From: Octopus sinensis
Taxonomy: Eukaryota
Reading direction: 5' to 3'
DNA length: 64,000 nucleotides
Assembly (NCBI RefSeq): GCF_006345805.1
Contig: NC_043001.1
Span: 4,278,001 to 4,342,000, forward strand
Under the pieces are notes generated by a model. That model saw only the letters and a program-made list of their open reading frames with translations, ran no database searches and was not told the DNA's origin. Shown piece by piece: positions 1 through 12,609 of the stretch. The stretch's first letter is position 1; each line of letters starts with the position of its first letter. The translations under genes were made by a program, and so were the position numbers.

Positions 1-145
1 ATATGCTATTCATATCTTCACTCGGTCTGCTTAGGAGGTTGTTGCGTCCTAGCATATGTGATGCTTCTTTTAGTCTCCGTAGTTTTCCTTGCTGTTCTCT
101 GTTTATTATTTTAGCTTCATCCCACAGGGGGAGGTGGTCTCCAGG
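1..145 (-). mobile_element. Penelope-like element GIY-YIG endonuclease C-terminal fragment (runs off the window edge)
   Basis: The minus strand reads GDHLPLWDEAKIINREQQGKLRRLKEASHMLGRNNLLSRPSEDMNSI. This fits the H-x-x-x-W-x-x-x-KI-x-x-x-E...R-x-x-KEA-x-x-I/M tail of PLE GIY-YIG domains. Confidence 0.7.
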
Positions 146-1129
146 AAAACTTACTTTAACCAATTTTCAAAAGATGATGGATGCATTATCCAAAAGACTG
201 AAATGAGTGAGGCAGAAGAGTGGAACGAGTGTATCAGGAATGCTAAAGATGTTTGTGTGTGCAAAACTTTGCGTTTTTAGTGTATTAATTATATTGGAGG
301 AAGGGTGGCACATATTCAAACATTATAAAATCTGCGACATTGGTGTACGGTAAATTTATTATTTGTATAAGTTTCATTTACGGCCATCAGCATTTTGGTT
401 TGATATAATCTGTATCAGCGTATAACAATTTCCTTAAGGGTTATGTGAACAAATATCAGCTGACAAGGAAGACTAATTCTTCAGAAAATAGCATTCCTCA
501 TTTCATGTACTTATAACAGAGAAACACAGCTAAAGACTCGTTGAATAAAGCTGAAGTGACATTTGCATTTATTTCATCATGCTAAGAGAATAGTCCTTGA
601 CAATTAACTCAAAGTTTGTACAAAGAATCAGCTCGGTGCTGGTAGCAAGTTTATCATGAAGAGGCAATTCAGCTGCCGCATAATGCAGTAAATTTATAAG
701 TATCTCATGGATCAGAGATTTATCTTTGAATTGTCTAATAAAATTACATAGCTGATATGTAATTAGCTGTTCTTGCCAAATGTATATAATTGGTTATCGC
801 AGCTCAACGTTTGCTTTAGGAATTCGTACGAATGTAAAACCTCGCTACGACCTACTGATGTTGTGCAATTAACAACACCTCAAGGATTTTATATACAAGT
901 GAATTACGGCGTAAACGAATGCCGTTAGTATGGCTACTTGCTATATATTACTATACAATTCATTATATAGATTTGTATGTGTGTGTTGGTGGGGGTGCAT
1001 GCCCATGTAAATCCATGTACACCTCTATTTGCACATAATTTTATGAATAAATATATCTTCTTTAATTATACATGTATATATAAGTTACTGGTAGTAAACT
1101 TTGAGTTTTGCATGTTAAATGTACGTACT

Positions 1130-1161
<32 letters not shown>

Positions 1162-1759
1162 ACCTTAGGGAATAATAACTATTCCAGGTTATCAGGATGC
1201 ATACTAGTTTACACTTTACTAATGCAATGTAAACAGTATCATTTATAATATTATTACAAATTTGGGATTTTACCAGTAGAACGTAACTTCTATTTCAGAA
1301 TAACATTTTATGGAATACACATAGAAAGTTATATCCAATAACATTAGATAAGCATTAAAAAAAAACCCTACTATCAAATGAAATAACGTTATTAAAAGAA
1401 AATTATTTGAATAAATATATATAACTACCTATTATTAATCTATAGGAAAATAAGATATTTTTAATCAATGCTACACGTGTTTTTGGCTATTTATCTTATT
1501 GTTATCATTATTAACCGATCAAAGTTTAAACGACATGTCATATTAAATAGAAAAATAAGAATATGGATAAATATATAAATTATAAATATATTTTTAAAAT
1601 TAAAAAATTAAACACCTAAAATTTCAATACCAATATATATAGAAAATTCTAAACCTATGGAAACCCTCAACGACTATATTATAAACGCATTCAAATACTG
1701 CAACCTATCTAAACATTACGGGAATTAATAATTTAGTGTAAGTTTTACCCCTATCTATA

Positions 1760-1948
1760 CTCATTGAGAAAGATCCACGTACAACCACTCGAGAACTGGT
1801 AAAAGAATCTCTAGGTTTCTAGAAAACTGCCTTAAACCATTTACATACGATCGGAAAATCAAAAAAAGCTTGACAGATGTGTAGCACAAGATTAAAAAAA
1901 GAAATCAGAAAATGCGCTGATATGAAATTTTCTCGTTGCTTCTTTCCC
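1760..1948 (+). mobile_element. Degenerate mariner transposase fragment (second HTH to WVPH linker)
   Basis: The frameshifted translation LIEKDPRTTTRELVKE..LNHLHTIGKSKKLDRCVAQD..NQKMR.YEIFSLLLS matches the mariner pattern DPRxTTRELA...HLxxIGKxKKLDxWVPHEL. Confidence 0.7.
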
Positions 1949-1950
1949 CA

Positions 1951-1998
1951 AGACACCTGATGAAGGCTGGAGAGTACATCAGCCGAAGCGTTGTGTTT
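1951..1998 (+). ncRNA. Minimal type I hammerhead-like motif, probably inactive (GAAA changed to GAAG); same family as 61669-61714
   Basis: agacac-CTGATGA-a-ggctg(gagagtacat)cagcc-GAAG-c-GTT-gtgttt. The downstream aatgtacataattccttatctcttaaatataga also matches 61901-61933. Confidence 0.65.
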
Positions 1999-2199
1999 AT
2001 AATGTACATAATTCCTTATCTCTTAAATATAGATCTGCATGACCTATATTCTATTACATTTGAGGCAGACTTAGCGATGTGCTGTCCAAGCAGAAATATC
2101 GTTATAGCAAATGATTTTGTCAAAACCACCGATTGTCTTGTCAGTTGCTTGGTTCTAACTCTTTGAGTCATTTGGTGGCTGGCAATATGTGACTCTGGG

Positions 2200-2680
2200 A
2201 ATGTGAGCCGGAGCAGAGGCGGAGCATCTTAATCATGTGCTGTGAGGGATTCTTTAGGCGTACGGGGTTAGATAAAATTAACAGAACCAAAGTTTGAATG
2301 AATGGTTTTCATATTGTCTTAGTGTAGGCACAGTGTGTGTGTGTGTGGTGTGTGTGTTGACCGAGTGTAATTTGCTACATGTTTAGCTGTTATATCTAAC
2401 AAGGATGGTGAACACATATATGCCACCTTCCTTTAGTTTATACACTTTAAGCAACTGTGATTGGCACATGTGAGTGCAGTACACGTAATCCCTGCAAAAT
2501 TCTATTGTCAGCAATAATGATTTTTCTGGTTTTTTAGATATTGTTATGGGAGCAAATATTCCTCTCCGCAAATCATTTTCGTCCAAACTCTGTAATACGG
2601 CTCCGGAGGTTAATAGCTCATTATTACTGATCAGCACAAACAGCCAGAGACTTTTCAACAAGGTTTAATGTGCAGCAAAA
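2200..2680 (-). mobile_element. Possible highly decayed piggyBac-like transposase C-terminal remnant
   Basis: Only weak echoes of the KP..I..YN and KW...F..LLD motifs across frameshifts. Confidence 0.25.
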
Positions 2681-3154
2681 TAAATACATAAAATGTTCTC
2701 TGGCAGTAACAATACAAGCGTGGTATGTATAGATCCACTAGAAAATGAATAGCAAATCGATACAAATTTAGAAGTATGAATATACGCAAAATACAAAACG
2801 GGGTATGTAAAATCATTAGCTAACAAAGGATGAAAGGAGTTGGAATATGCACCCTGATGGTATTCTAAGCTTTATATATTTCAAATATCGTGTCCAGAGA
2901 TTTAGTAGTATTTGGTGGAATTATATTGAAAACATCATCAGCTGATATTTGAATCAATGACGTTCATCAATAAAGTGCTTAGAGAATTTCAGCTACTATA
3001 GTTTACTTTTTTTTTCTATGGACGCCATTTAGAAACTTTCATTAATGGAGAGTAGAGCCTGATGGGTTTAATACATTCACTATATGTATACGACGCAATA
3101 AAATGCAGGCATGTATGAATGAATGCATGAATTCATGTATTCACGTATGTAGTG

Positions 3155-3238
3155 TATGTATGTATGTATGTAGGTATGTATGTATGTATGTATGTATGTA
3201 TGTATGTATGTATGTATGTATGTATGTATATATATATA

Positions 3239-3293
<55 letters not shown>

Positions 3294-3298
3294 ATATA
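3155..3298. repeat. (TATG)n followed by (TA)n microsatellite
   Basis: Directly visible tandem repeats. Confidence 0.95.
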
Positions 3299-3365
3299 CT
3301 CAATGTATATTAATTATTTATTTACTTATTTATTTATAGGCAGAAGTTATTGATGTAGTCATAAG

Positions 3366-3700
3366 TGTGTCTACGTGGTAAGAAGTTTATTTCACATCCA
3401 CATGGTTCAGGGTTCAGCCCTATGCTGTGGCACCTGGGGCAAGTGATTTCTACTATAGCTTCAGCATGACTAGATACTTGTGATTGGATTTGACGGATGG
3501 AAACTGAACGATGACTGTTTTGTACACATAGATAAATGAAGAGGATCTGAGTCTCTGCTTATCCACCACCGTTTGACAACCGATATTGGGGTGTTTATGT
3601 CTTTGTAACTTCGTGATTCAGGAAAAGAGACGGAAACAACGCGCACCAAGCTTCGGCTGATTTTCGTTCGGCTAACATTCTTTAAGGTGTGGCACAAAGA
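3366..3700 (+). mobile_element. tRNA-derived SINE family A (CORE-like centre), decayed copy
   Basis: gtggtaagaag...catggttcagggttcag...ggcacctggggcaagtg...tggatttgacggatggaaactg aligns to the copies at 15703-16103 and 42677-43057. Confidence 0.75.
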
Positions 3701-3825
3701 GTACTTTAGCTTAATGAGTTAACCAAGTAATAGTCAGATCTATTACACACATACACGCACACACTCACTCACATATCTGCGATTGTTCAAGTATAGATTG
3801 ACAGATAAATACATAAGTAGGTAGT

Positions 3826-3888
3826 TAGATAGATAGACATATAGATAGATCTAAAGATAGACAGACAGATAGATAGATAGATAGATAT

Positions 3889-3941
<53 letters not shown>

Positions 3942-3952
3942 GAGATAGATAG
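3826..3952. repeat. (ATAG)n microsatellite
   Basis: Directly visible. Confidence 0.95.
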
Positions 3953-4129
3953 TATTGATGACAGAGTTAACACTTTGGGTCTTGGTATACACTACCGTCA
4001 TCTTTAACGCGTACACTTCTCGCTTTTATCTGGTTGGTGATTAGTATTTTTTTATGGTATACTCCGTCAATACAGATACGGCAAAGAAATATGTTGCTAC
4101 GAGAACGATGTCGGTTTTAAAGGATCGAG

Positions 4130-4620
4130 GGTGTTGCGAATGAAAATACCTGTCAGTCACTCAATTCCAGATAGAGGAAGTAAAAAGAATATAGATTTGA
4201 TGGTAAACCTGTTGAAACTGTTTGCAATGAGAGCTACAGAAAGATACAAAGTAGTGAGAAATCAGTTAGATAAAGAAACTACATATAGCAGCAAAAGGAA
4301 AAATAATTTTGTATGTTGTGTATATAAACGGATTGCATTCCATCTTGGGAAAGCGATTTCAAATATAGCCTTGGGCCGATCGAAATTTGTGGGTGGATTT
4401 GGCAGACGGAATCTGAAAGAAGTTTGTCGTACCATGATAACGTGATATTATGTGGACTGGATTTCCTGTGAAGAGGACCAAGTTGAAACTTATAGTATGT
4501 GAATTAGAAGCTCTAATTCTCAGAAGCTACAAGAATCAATGTTTATGTAAACGGACTGGCCGCTTGTTTGTCTGGTATTAGTCAAGTGATGTACAGACGT
4601 CAGACGATTCTTCAATAAAT
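4130..4620 (+). mobile_element. Decayed RTE-like LINE, region C-terminal to the RT domain
   Basis: FHLGKAIS resembles FxYLGSxI, IALGRSKF resembles RIxxAxxxF, and ETY..KL...CL resembles ETWxx...KL...CLR. Confidence 0.4.
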
Positions 4621-5395
4621 GCAGAAAATCGATTGTGTTTGTTGCTTATTCTTTCGGTCCACCTAACTATAGCTATAATTTGCCTTTTTTATATGTCTAC
4701 AATCTTCATTTAAACACAAAAGAACTCACACACACACACACGCACAAACATAGAGTCGGGGGATTTTTGTGCCTGACATTCATATAGACAAAGCAGACGA
4801 CTGCTTTCATTCCAAGGCGATCCCAGTAGGGAAATCGCTTCTGTATAAGAAGTTTTGAGATTTCTTTGTTATTGTCAATTAGCCATGAAAATAACATGTT
4901 TCTTGTGGAAAACAACCAATATTTCCTTAGAGGCTTACCGGATGGATGTAGTGTAATAATGTGTGGTCAGTCTGGACAACTGCGAAGCGAGAGGCCTTCT
5001 CTTAATGTTGCTGCTTCATTTTCGCTGTCACAATCAGAGTTTCTTCGGAAACTCCTTTCCCTTATAGTCTGAGGCCAAGTAACGTTCCTCGTCATCGTCA
5101 TCACCACTCTTATTTTCCGACTCCTGAATGTTTCAAGCAACTTTCTATTGCATCACTTGTGGAGAGATGTGCGCTGAATTTGTTAGGGGTGGTTGGGGAG
5201 GGAGTGTTTATTGTATTCTATCTGTAAGATTTGTTACAGTGTTTGGTTTGAGTCTTCTGTTGTATTAGCTTTTGTATTGCTTGTTGTTTGGGCAGCGTAG
5301 GTTGTTTTCTTCTGTCGGGATTCAGACATCGATCGTACATGTTGCGGATATTGTATATAATGTTGTGTATTTACTGTATGAGTAGGGTGTGCATG

Positions 5396-5397
<2 letters not shown>

Positions 5398-5466
<69 letters not shown>

Positions 5467-5477
5467 TTATTATTATT
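5398..5477. repeat. (ATT)n/(TAA)n tract at the 3' end of the Dong/R4-like element
   Basis: Directly visible. Confidence 0.95.
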
Positions 5478-6862
5478 CTATGTTTGACTTTTGCTTTATG
5501 TCTGTACAAATTGGCTCCAAGTCTCATCCAGAGACCTCAAGAGACAACAGGTTGGAAGTTCTGTGCCATGTATTTGTGTTTTTTTTTTGTGTTGTACTAG
5601 TGAATGTCTAATACATAAAAATAAAAATAAATAAAAATAAAAAAGTTTGTTTTAAACCTTGGGGTTACATAGAGAGTATTTTGCGTAGGATATGAGCAGT
5701 TCCCATGAGCACTAACTTTTGAACTTCTGCCATTTTGGGATTTCCTGGTATCTGAGTTAGGTAGCAATCAGTCCCTTTCACTATCATTCCCAGGGCACCT
5801 ATGACAACAGGTATTGTTTTAGTCTTCAGCTTCCACATTTTGCTGATTTCTATTTCAAGATCTTTATATTTGCTCAGTTTTTGGTAGGTCTTGACAGATA
5901 CGTTTATATCGATTGGGACAGTCATATCAATGAGGAGGCATGTTCTTTGTCTGAAGTCTTTCAATATGATGTCTAGCCTATTTGCATCTATCTTCCTGTC
6001 AGTTTGAATGGTGAAGTTCCAGAGGAGTGAGATGTGGTCATTTTCAAGCATTGGAGGTGGATTGTGTTCCCACCAGTTTTTTTCATGGGGCAAATCCAGG
6101 TTTTTGCAAATTACCCAGTGAATATATTGTGCAGCTCTATCATGCCTACTGAGGTACTCTGTAGGCGCTAGAAGACTGCATTTGGAGACAACATGATCAA
6201 TGGTTTCATTTTGTTGTCGGCATACACGACATGTTGGGCTATTGCCGTTCTTTAATATGTTGGCCTGGTAGTTTCTTGTTGGTAGGCATTGATCTTGAGC
6301 TGCTATGATACACCCCTCTGTTTCAGATTTTAAGCCAGAGGCCATTAGCCATTGATGGGTCAGGGCTTTGTCGATATCTGCATTATTCGCTCTCTTTGGG
6401 TATTTGCCATAGAGAGGTTTTTCTTGCCATTTATTATTCAGAATATCTAAGGCCGCAGTTTTGGCACGGGTTTTCATGCGCCTAGCTTTTTCTGTGCTTG
6501 TTTCTTGTATGTCTATCTCTAATTCCGAAATTGGTTGTATTCAGAATTCACTTAGATATTCCTTTGCCTGTTTTGTGACTGAGTATGATGCTTTCTTGTT
6601 TTCATGTTTTGAGACAAGTTTTAACATCCAGTCCTCAGAGTTTTTCAGGTAGGTGTCTAGGCCAATTGTAGCAGACTTCATTGTTATTGCCAGTTGCAAA
6701 ATACCACGGCCTCCCTCTTTTCTTGGCAGATAGAGTCGTTCTGTCTCTGCCTTAGGGTGGTGCATTGTATGCATTGTCAACAGTTTCCTTAATTTTCTGT
6801 CGAGCTGACATATTTCAGTAATTGACCAGTTAGCAATATTGAAACTGTAAGTCACGACTGGT
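5478..6862 (-). mobile_element. 5'-truncated R4/Dong-like non-LTR retrotransposon (RT thumb, CCHC zinc knuckle, restriction-like endonuclease, 3' UTR)
   Basis: ORFs 6541-6879 and 5665-6477 are in the same frame, split by one TGA at 6541-6543. Motifs: RLYLPRKEGGRG, IAAQDQ, CRVC-x6-IDHVVSKC, RHD, NR(L)DII, LIDMTVP, KxxKYxDL, IPVVIGALG. The element is flanked on both sides by (TAA)n. Confidence 0.92.
5665..6862 (-). pseudogene. Truncated RLE retrotransposon ORF with one in-frame stop
   Basis: Lacks the RT core, has a nonsense codon at 6541-6543, and the usual NRPD motif reads NRLD. Confidence 0.85.
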
Positions 6863-6875
6863 ATTATTATTATCA

Positions 6876-6955
<80 letters not shown>

Positions 6956-6970
6956 GTTATTATTATTATT
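6863..6970. repeat. (ATT)n/(TAA)n tract at the 5' junction of the Dong/R4-like element
   Basis: Directly visible. Confidence 0.95.
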
Positions 6971-7799
6971 TTATTTCCATTCGTATTATTATTGCTACCG
7001 TTGCTGATACTTCAGCTGTTATTAAATATATATAATTTTTCTAGTGCTTATCTATGTCTCTCACACCCCACTCCATTGCAGTATCCGTATGATGAAGAGT
7101 ACTTACATTAACTGTTGAAACTGCTATCAGCGCATTTTGTGAGGCGTTAGTTATGGAAATTTGTGGAAGATCGTGCTAAATGTTGTTTTTGCTAATGTAT
7201 CTTCAATGATTATCATCCCAAGTATTCTTCAAATGAAGCTACATCGAATTAATAATAATTAATGAAAACATCCTAACTGACACATGTGAAGGACCTGCAC
7301 TTTATCCATGCAATTGTACATGCTTATGAATATAATATATATGCATACATTTGTGCCATTATCTGTGCTTGTGTATGATGCAGAAGCATATAAATTTATA
7401 TATATATATGTTATATATATATATATATACATACACATATATGTATATATATGCACCTGTACATCTATCTACCTATCTATTTCCTCATCCATGTATATAA
7501 GAAATGCCTCCACCCCCATACGTTTTGAAATTTATTTAGAAGATTTAGACGTTATAATTTTTCTAGATCATTGAAATTTTACTTTTCTTGTAATAAGCTG
7601 ATCTGGCAAAAATTGTGATTTAAAACTGAAAAAGACGGCTATAACAACTCCCTGAACGCAACCTATTACACGCTGTTTCCAACTGTCGAGACGTGAAATC
7701 GATTTGGAAGTTCACAATGCAGTCATGTTCTATGTCAAACGGCATTAAAGACTAAAGAATCTGTTAAATATCCAGATAAGTTTTGGGAGAACTTATATT

Positions 7800-8265
7800 T
7801 AAAGAGCTTCTGTTTTCGTTGGCCTGCAACTGGAGGCCAGACAAAGCAAGTCCACTTGGGAGATCGGGAAACTCATGATTATTCACTCTTTTGAGAAGAG
7901 GACCAAATTTTACATCCAGCGGTTTCCCTCTGACCAGACGACCAATGCTGTGTATTTTGTGAAGATTTGGAAGGAGTTCAGGGAGAAATTTCGGCACAAA
8001 GGACCAGAACACTTGGATTGGGACTATTCGATATTTGTAATGAAAACATTGACAGGGAAAAGCATCCCCTTCTATAGAGCACATGCGCTGATCCTTTGGT
8101 ATTTGGTTATTCCCCAAAGCTGGAAAACTTCACTTTGGGGCACTTACAAAGGGTCCTTACGAAATGGCTGGAGATCTACAACAAGTGTGGTCAAGTCAGA
8201 GGATCGTAGAATGGAAGAGAATGAGAGTTTGCACGTCTTGGAAATTGATAAATACCTTCTGGAAT
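7800..8265 (+). mobile_element. Degenerate mariner transposase catalytic (DDD) domain fragment
   Basis: SGKLMII..F...QTTNAVYFVKI.KEFREKFRHK.PE, followed by a frameshifted HP.Y...WLFPKL. This matches the mariner pattern KxM...TVNxxYY...HPPYSPDLAPxDFxLFPKLK. Confidence 0.7.
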
Positions 8266-8299
8266 GAAACTTGTGAACATATCTATGTCTATAATTTTC

Positions 8300-8448
8300 A
8301 GTGGTAAAAAGCTTGTTTCCCAACCGCATGGTTCTGGGTTCAGTACAAACGCTTGGCAACTTGGGCGAGTGATTTCTAATATAGATTCGGACAGACCGAA
8401 GCACTGTGGCTGGATTTGGTAGATGGGAACTGAAAGAATCCCGTCATG
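8300..8448 (+). mobile_element. SINE family A, 5' part
   Basis: gtggtaaaaagcttgtttcccaaccgcatggttctgggttcag...ggcaacttgggcgagtg...gaaagaatcccgtc. Confidence 0.8.
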
Positions 8449-8486
<38 letters not shown>

Positions 8487-8600
8487 CAAACAATTGAGGG
8501 TAATTAATTAATAATAATCAATTTCACCAAGTATTCAGTATGCAAAGGGAATTTAAGGCAAATTCAATTATTACATATATAAAAGGGCTTAGTAAAATAA

Positions 8601-8936
8601 ATTACTTTGCCGCATACTGAACTCGTTAGAAATAGCAGCTAAAAAAACTATTTCTAACACTTAAAGAAACCCTTCTCATATAGTGCTTGCTCAATTCAAC
8701 CCAAGAAAGTATGAGGGTAGAGACATTAAAAAATCAAATGCAAAGGTTATTTGAGTACGTACGTTTCAAGATTAGCCATAATTCGACCCTTCTCTCATCA
8801 GCTCAGAATGCCCTTGTTTGAGTTTGAAAACACTGAAAATGGGAGCATACCCTTTCGGCTTGTTATCGGCTTGTTTCTTTAAGTGTTAGAAATAGTTTTT
8901 TAGTGCTATTTCTAACGAGTTCAGTATGCGGCAAAG

Positions 8937-8940
<4 letters not shown>
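8601..8940. repeat. ~70 bp inverted repeat (8601-8670 / 8873-8940) enclosing a hammerhead motif
   Basis: attactttgccgcatactgaactcgttagaaatagc...aaagaaac is the reverse complement of gtttcttt...gttcagtatgcggcaaagtaat, with a small indel. Confidence 0.9.
8749..8809 (-). ncRNA. Type I hammerhead ribozyme motif with canonical core
   Basis: Minus strand: attctgag-CTGATGA-gaga(agggtcgaattatggctaa)tctt-GAAA-cgtac-GTA-ctcaaat. Stem I is tgag/ctca, stem III is the palindrome ACGTACGT, and the cleavage triplet is GUA. Confidence 0.8.
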
Positions 8941-8979
<39 letters not shown>

Positions 8980-8991
8980 CACACACACACA

Positions 8992-9029
<38 letters not shown>

Positions 9030-9826
9030 TATATATATGCATATGATATCTGTGTCTTTATGTCTGTGTTTGTCTCCCCATCACAGCATGGCACCCAGTG
9101 TGATGTATTTTAATCAGTGACTTAGCGTTTCAGCAAAATGGAATAGAATATATACCATTCAATTTATTTATTTATTTTTTTTTAAATATGTATACATAAA
9201 ATTGGGGACACCTTTTAGGAAATAAAAAGAAAAATGAATATGTACACATTATTTCACACACACCTCCCCATCCTCACAGACATCACCCCATCTTTGCCAA
9301 ACTTTTTTATTTGGCTCAACGCACTTAAAACGATTAGAGAAACTTCAAACTATAAAATAGTAAATAGGAAATCGACGATCTCCATCGTAATCCACGCTAT
9401 ATTTCTTTCCAAACAAGAAATGAAACTTTATTTAAGTTTATTTAAAGTGAATTTTTTAAAAAATATTTTGTTTAATTACACCTGTAAATCTAAATTTTCG
9501 GAATTCGGTTCGAAGTATTATATTAATCACAGTTTTGAAATACGAGCAAACCGAATCTAGAATATATTTCTGTTTATAATTTTCAGACGAAGACTTGTAA
9601 TTTTAAATGATATTTAGCTGTTGTTACTAGCACATCTCCAAACACCTTATACTTCCTCGTTTCTTTGTCATTCTGACATGTATTGATGTTCACAATATTC
9701 TCCCTCCCCATAAACACATTTTATGGAATGTTAATGCAGTGGTCCATTGCTGGAATATAACTACAAAAGGTTTGTGATTTAAATCTTTGTCCCTGGTCCA
9801 GATCAAGCGAGTCCACGAGTGTATGT

Positions 9827-9864
<38 letters not shown>

Positions 9865-10402
9865 GTGCGCGTGTGTCTGTGCCTGTATGAAAAACATATT
9901 TATTAAATGAGAAGCGTGCTAATAAAATAAGATCTTTCATATATCGTTTTTAAGTCATTCTCTCGGCCTAACAAAACTCCTCACACACTAAGAAATACAC
10001 ACATAAACTCACACACACGCACATGCATACACACTCGCTAATAAACACACACACTGTGTGTGAGGGATATACTGTTATAGAGTGAGAAAGTCTACGATTA
10101 GAAAGTGAAGGAGATCGACAAAATTTGGTAATTAATGCAAACAAGAATGAGTGATGATCTGAAGAATGAAGTATCATCCATAATTGGGGAGGGTGTTATG
10201 TTCGAAAACGTAAAGAGAAACACTGCGGAAGAATGAAGAGGAGGACAATTTTTGCTGTGAGAAAGTTGAAAAGAAAAATAAAAAAATACAAGTCTTGCAA
10301 TTCGACGATTTTAAAGATATCCCTGGGCCCGAACAGAGAAAAATGTTGTTACATTACTTAGGCTTACATGTATACTATAGAAGGAAAGAAGGAGGGTTTA
10401 AG

Positions 10403-10575
<173 letters not shown>

Positions 10576-10819
10576 TGTTTACATTTTTTATATAAACAAT
10601 ATGTATATATGTTTCACCATTACTGATCGCTAGGCATTAAACCGTAAAGATTTTCTCACTTCCCCAGCGTCAAGCTAATATATCTGTTTGTTGTTTACAC
10701 ACCCGTCTTCGTCTTTGTTTTGTTTCTTTTGTAAATTCCATTTATATGCATGCACATACACACACACACACGCGCGCACACACACATTTCTATATATATA
10801 CAGATACGCACACACACAC

Positions 10820-10868
<49 letters not shown>

Positions 10869-11417
10869 CACCGACACAAGCACAAGCGTGCTCTCAGAGA
10901 CAAATAAAATACTCTTAGACATAGAAGTATGGTAACAGACAACAAATGCAGCATATAAAAATTCACTGAACGAAACACCAATGTCCTGCACATGATAACA
11001 ATACCTCCATAGATGTTACTTCATGAGAGATTGATTGCATTCCATTTGTGAATATCTGTATTCCATGTGTAAACTCAAGTTGTCAAGTCTAGCTGTAATA
11101 TTTCTTAAGTTAACACACAGAAACGAGTCAACTGAAACTCTAGAATACGTCGATGGTTGCACATTATTTATTTCCCAGTATTTTCACTTATTATTTATGG
11201 TAATAATATAAAATAATGGTTTGAAACTTTACATCTGGTGATGTTGCTAAGACTATATTTAATTTTGTATCATTGAGAATATATATTTGTTAGACGATCA
11301 TAAATATGGTATGAATAATTTTTAGTAGTTTCTCGCATTATAACTGCTGTGAATGGAAAATCTCCGCTTCATATATTTCCTATAAGTCAAACTGCTGTTC
11401 GCGACTCTGTCTTTTCA

Positions 11418-11750
11418 CTTAGAAGTTTGCTTCTCAGAGCAAATAGTTCCGGGTTCAGTCCCGTTCCGTGCAACCGCCGGCAAGTATGTTCCAGACATCG
11501 TGCTGGCCAAAGAATCCTGAGTGGCTTCAGTAAATAGAAATTGAAAGAAGCCTGTCTTTTTGCCTATTTTCCTACCCCCTACCCGCCGCTTGACAGTCGG
11601 TTCCGGTGTGCTTACGTTCCCGTAACATAGAGATTTAGTGAAAGATGACAACTGAATAAGTACCCGATTTAAAATTATACAGGGCTCGATTCTTCAAGAC
11701 GGTGCCCAAGTATGGCTGCTATCCAATGATTGAGACAAACAAAAGACAAT
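11418..11750 (+). mobile_element. SINE family A, decayed near-full copy
   Basis: agaagtttgcttctc...gttccgggttcagtccc...ggcaagtatgtt...cgcttgacagtcgg...aaggcggtg-like...tgagacaaacaaaagac. Confidence 0.7.
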
Positions 11751-12297
11751 AATACAATAACCTGTTTTGATTTACTATAAATAAATATTCTTCTACTTTG
11801 TGTGAAACTCAATGTGTTATGTTGCTTTTATTGTTCATTTTGCCAAGTGACATTTTAGTTGCCCACATTCCTTGAAGTAAACTGCTCTCTATGGCATGTT
11901 ATATGTATTATCCTACTTTTATCTAAAATACTTAGGTTCATCAAAGAATTTAGTGCTAAGTGTTATTTAAATTTTCTTTCGCTTTACATTCATATATATC
12001 CAACGAAAAGCGCGAAAACCTCCCCTCCATGAAGCTCGGGTAGTGGGGGCAGGGGTTACTAGGATGGAAGGACTTGACCAAAATGAATTCTAGTCAAGCT
12101 GGATCAGCATGCAGCGGCGGTACTTCATCGGATCGGATCACTTGCGAGCCGAGATCCAGATCATCACATTTCAAATGTCAGTTACCCATGACAATTTATC
12201 ATTTGTGATTTGCTGGACTTCAGCAATCTCAAAAGTCTTCCAAACTTTGAGCAGGAGTAAAGCACTTTCATGTGTGCTGCATCAGAATTCCTTTAGA

Positions 12298-12600
12298 ATG
12301 TGGCTTAGTAGTTATTGTGGTTGGTTCAAGATTATACAGATTGTGTGTTCGATTCCCGGGCTCATTATCTCTCAGTTTTAAAATGAGCTGTACATGCGAC
12401 ATTCGGTTTAACACAGTATTATAAACCCGGATGTATAAAGGGCTGAATTTATAATACTGTGTTAAACTGAATGTCGCTCAGAGTCACGTTAATGTGACGC
12501 GTGTCTGGGGAGTATTCAGCAACTTCCAAGTTCTTTTCACGAGCAAGCTGTTCCGTTGACCGGATCAACTGCAATACTCGTTGTCGAAACCGACAGAAAA
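12298..12600 (+). mobile_element. tRNA-headed SINE family C, decayed, with an internal 30 bp hairpin
   Basis: A-box-like tggcttagtag and B-box-like gttcgattcc, similar to the head at 60744-60892. Contains the inverted repeat 12396-12425/12448-12477. Confidence 0.5.
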
Positions 12601-12609
12601 CCAAGCCAT

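Noticed and set aside
7085-7133. ATGATGA-agagt..actgtt-GAAA-ctgcta-TC hammerhead-like string
   Set aside because: C3 is lost and stems I, II and III all have mismatches. It may be a relic but cannot be supported.
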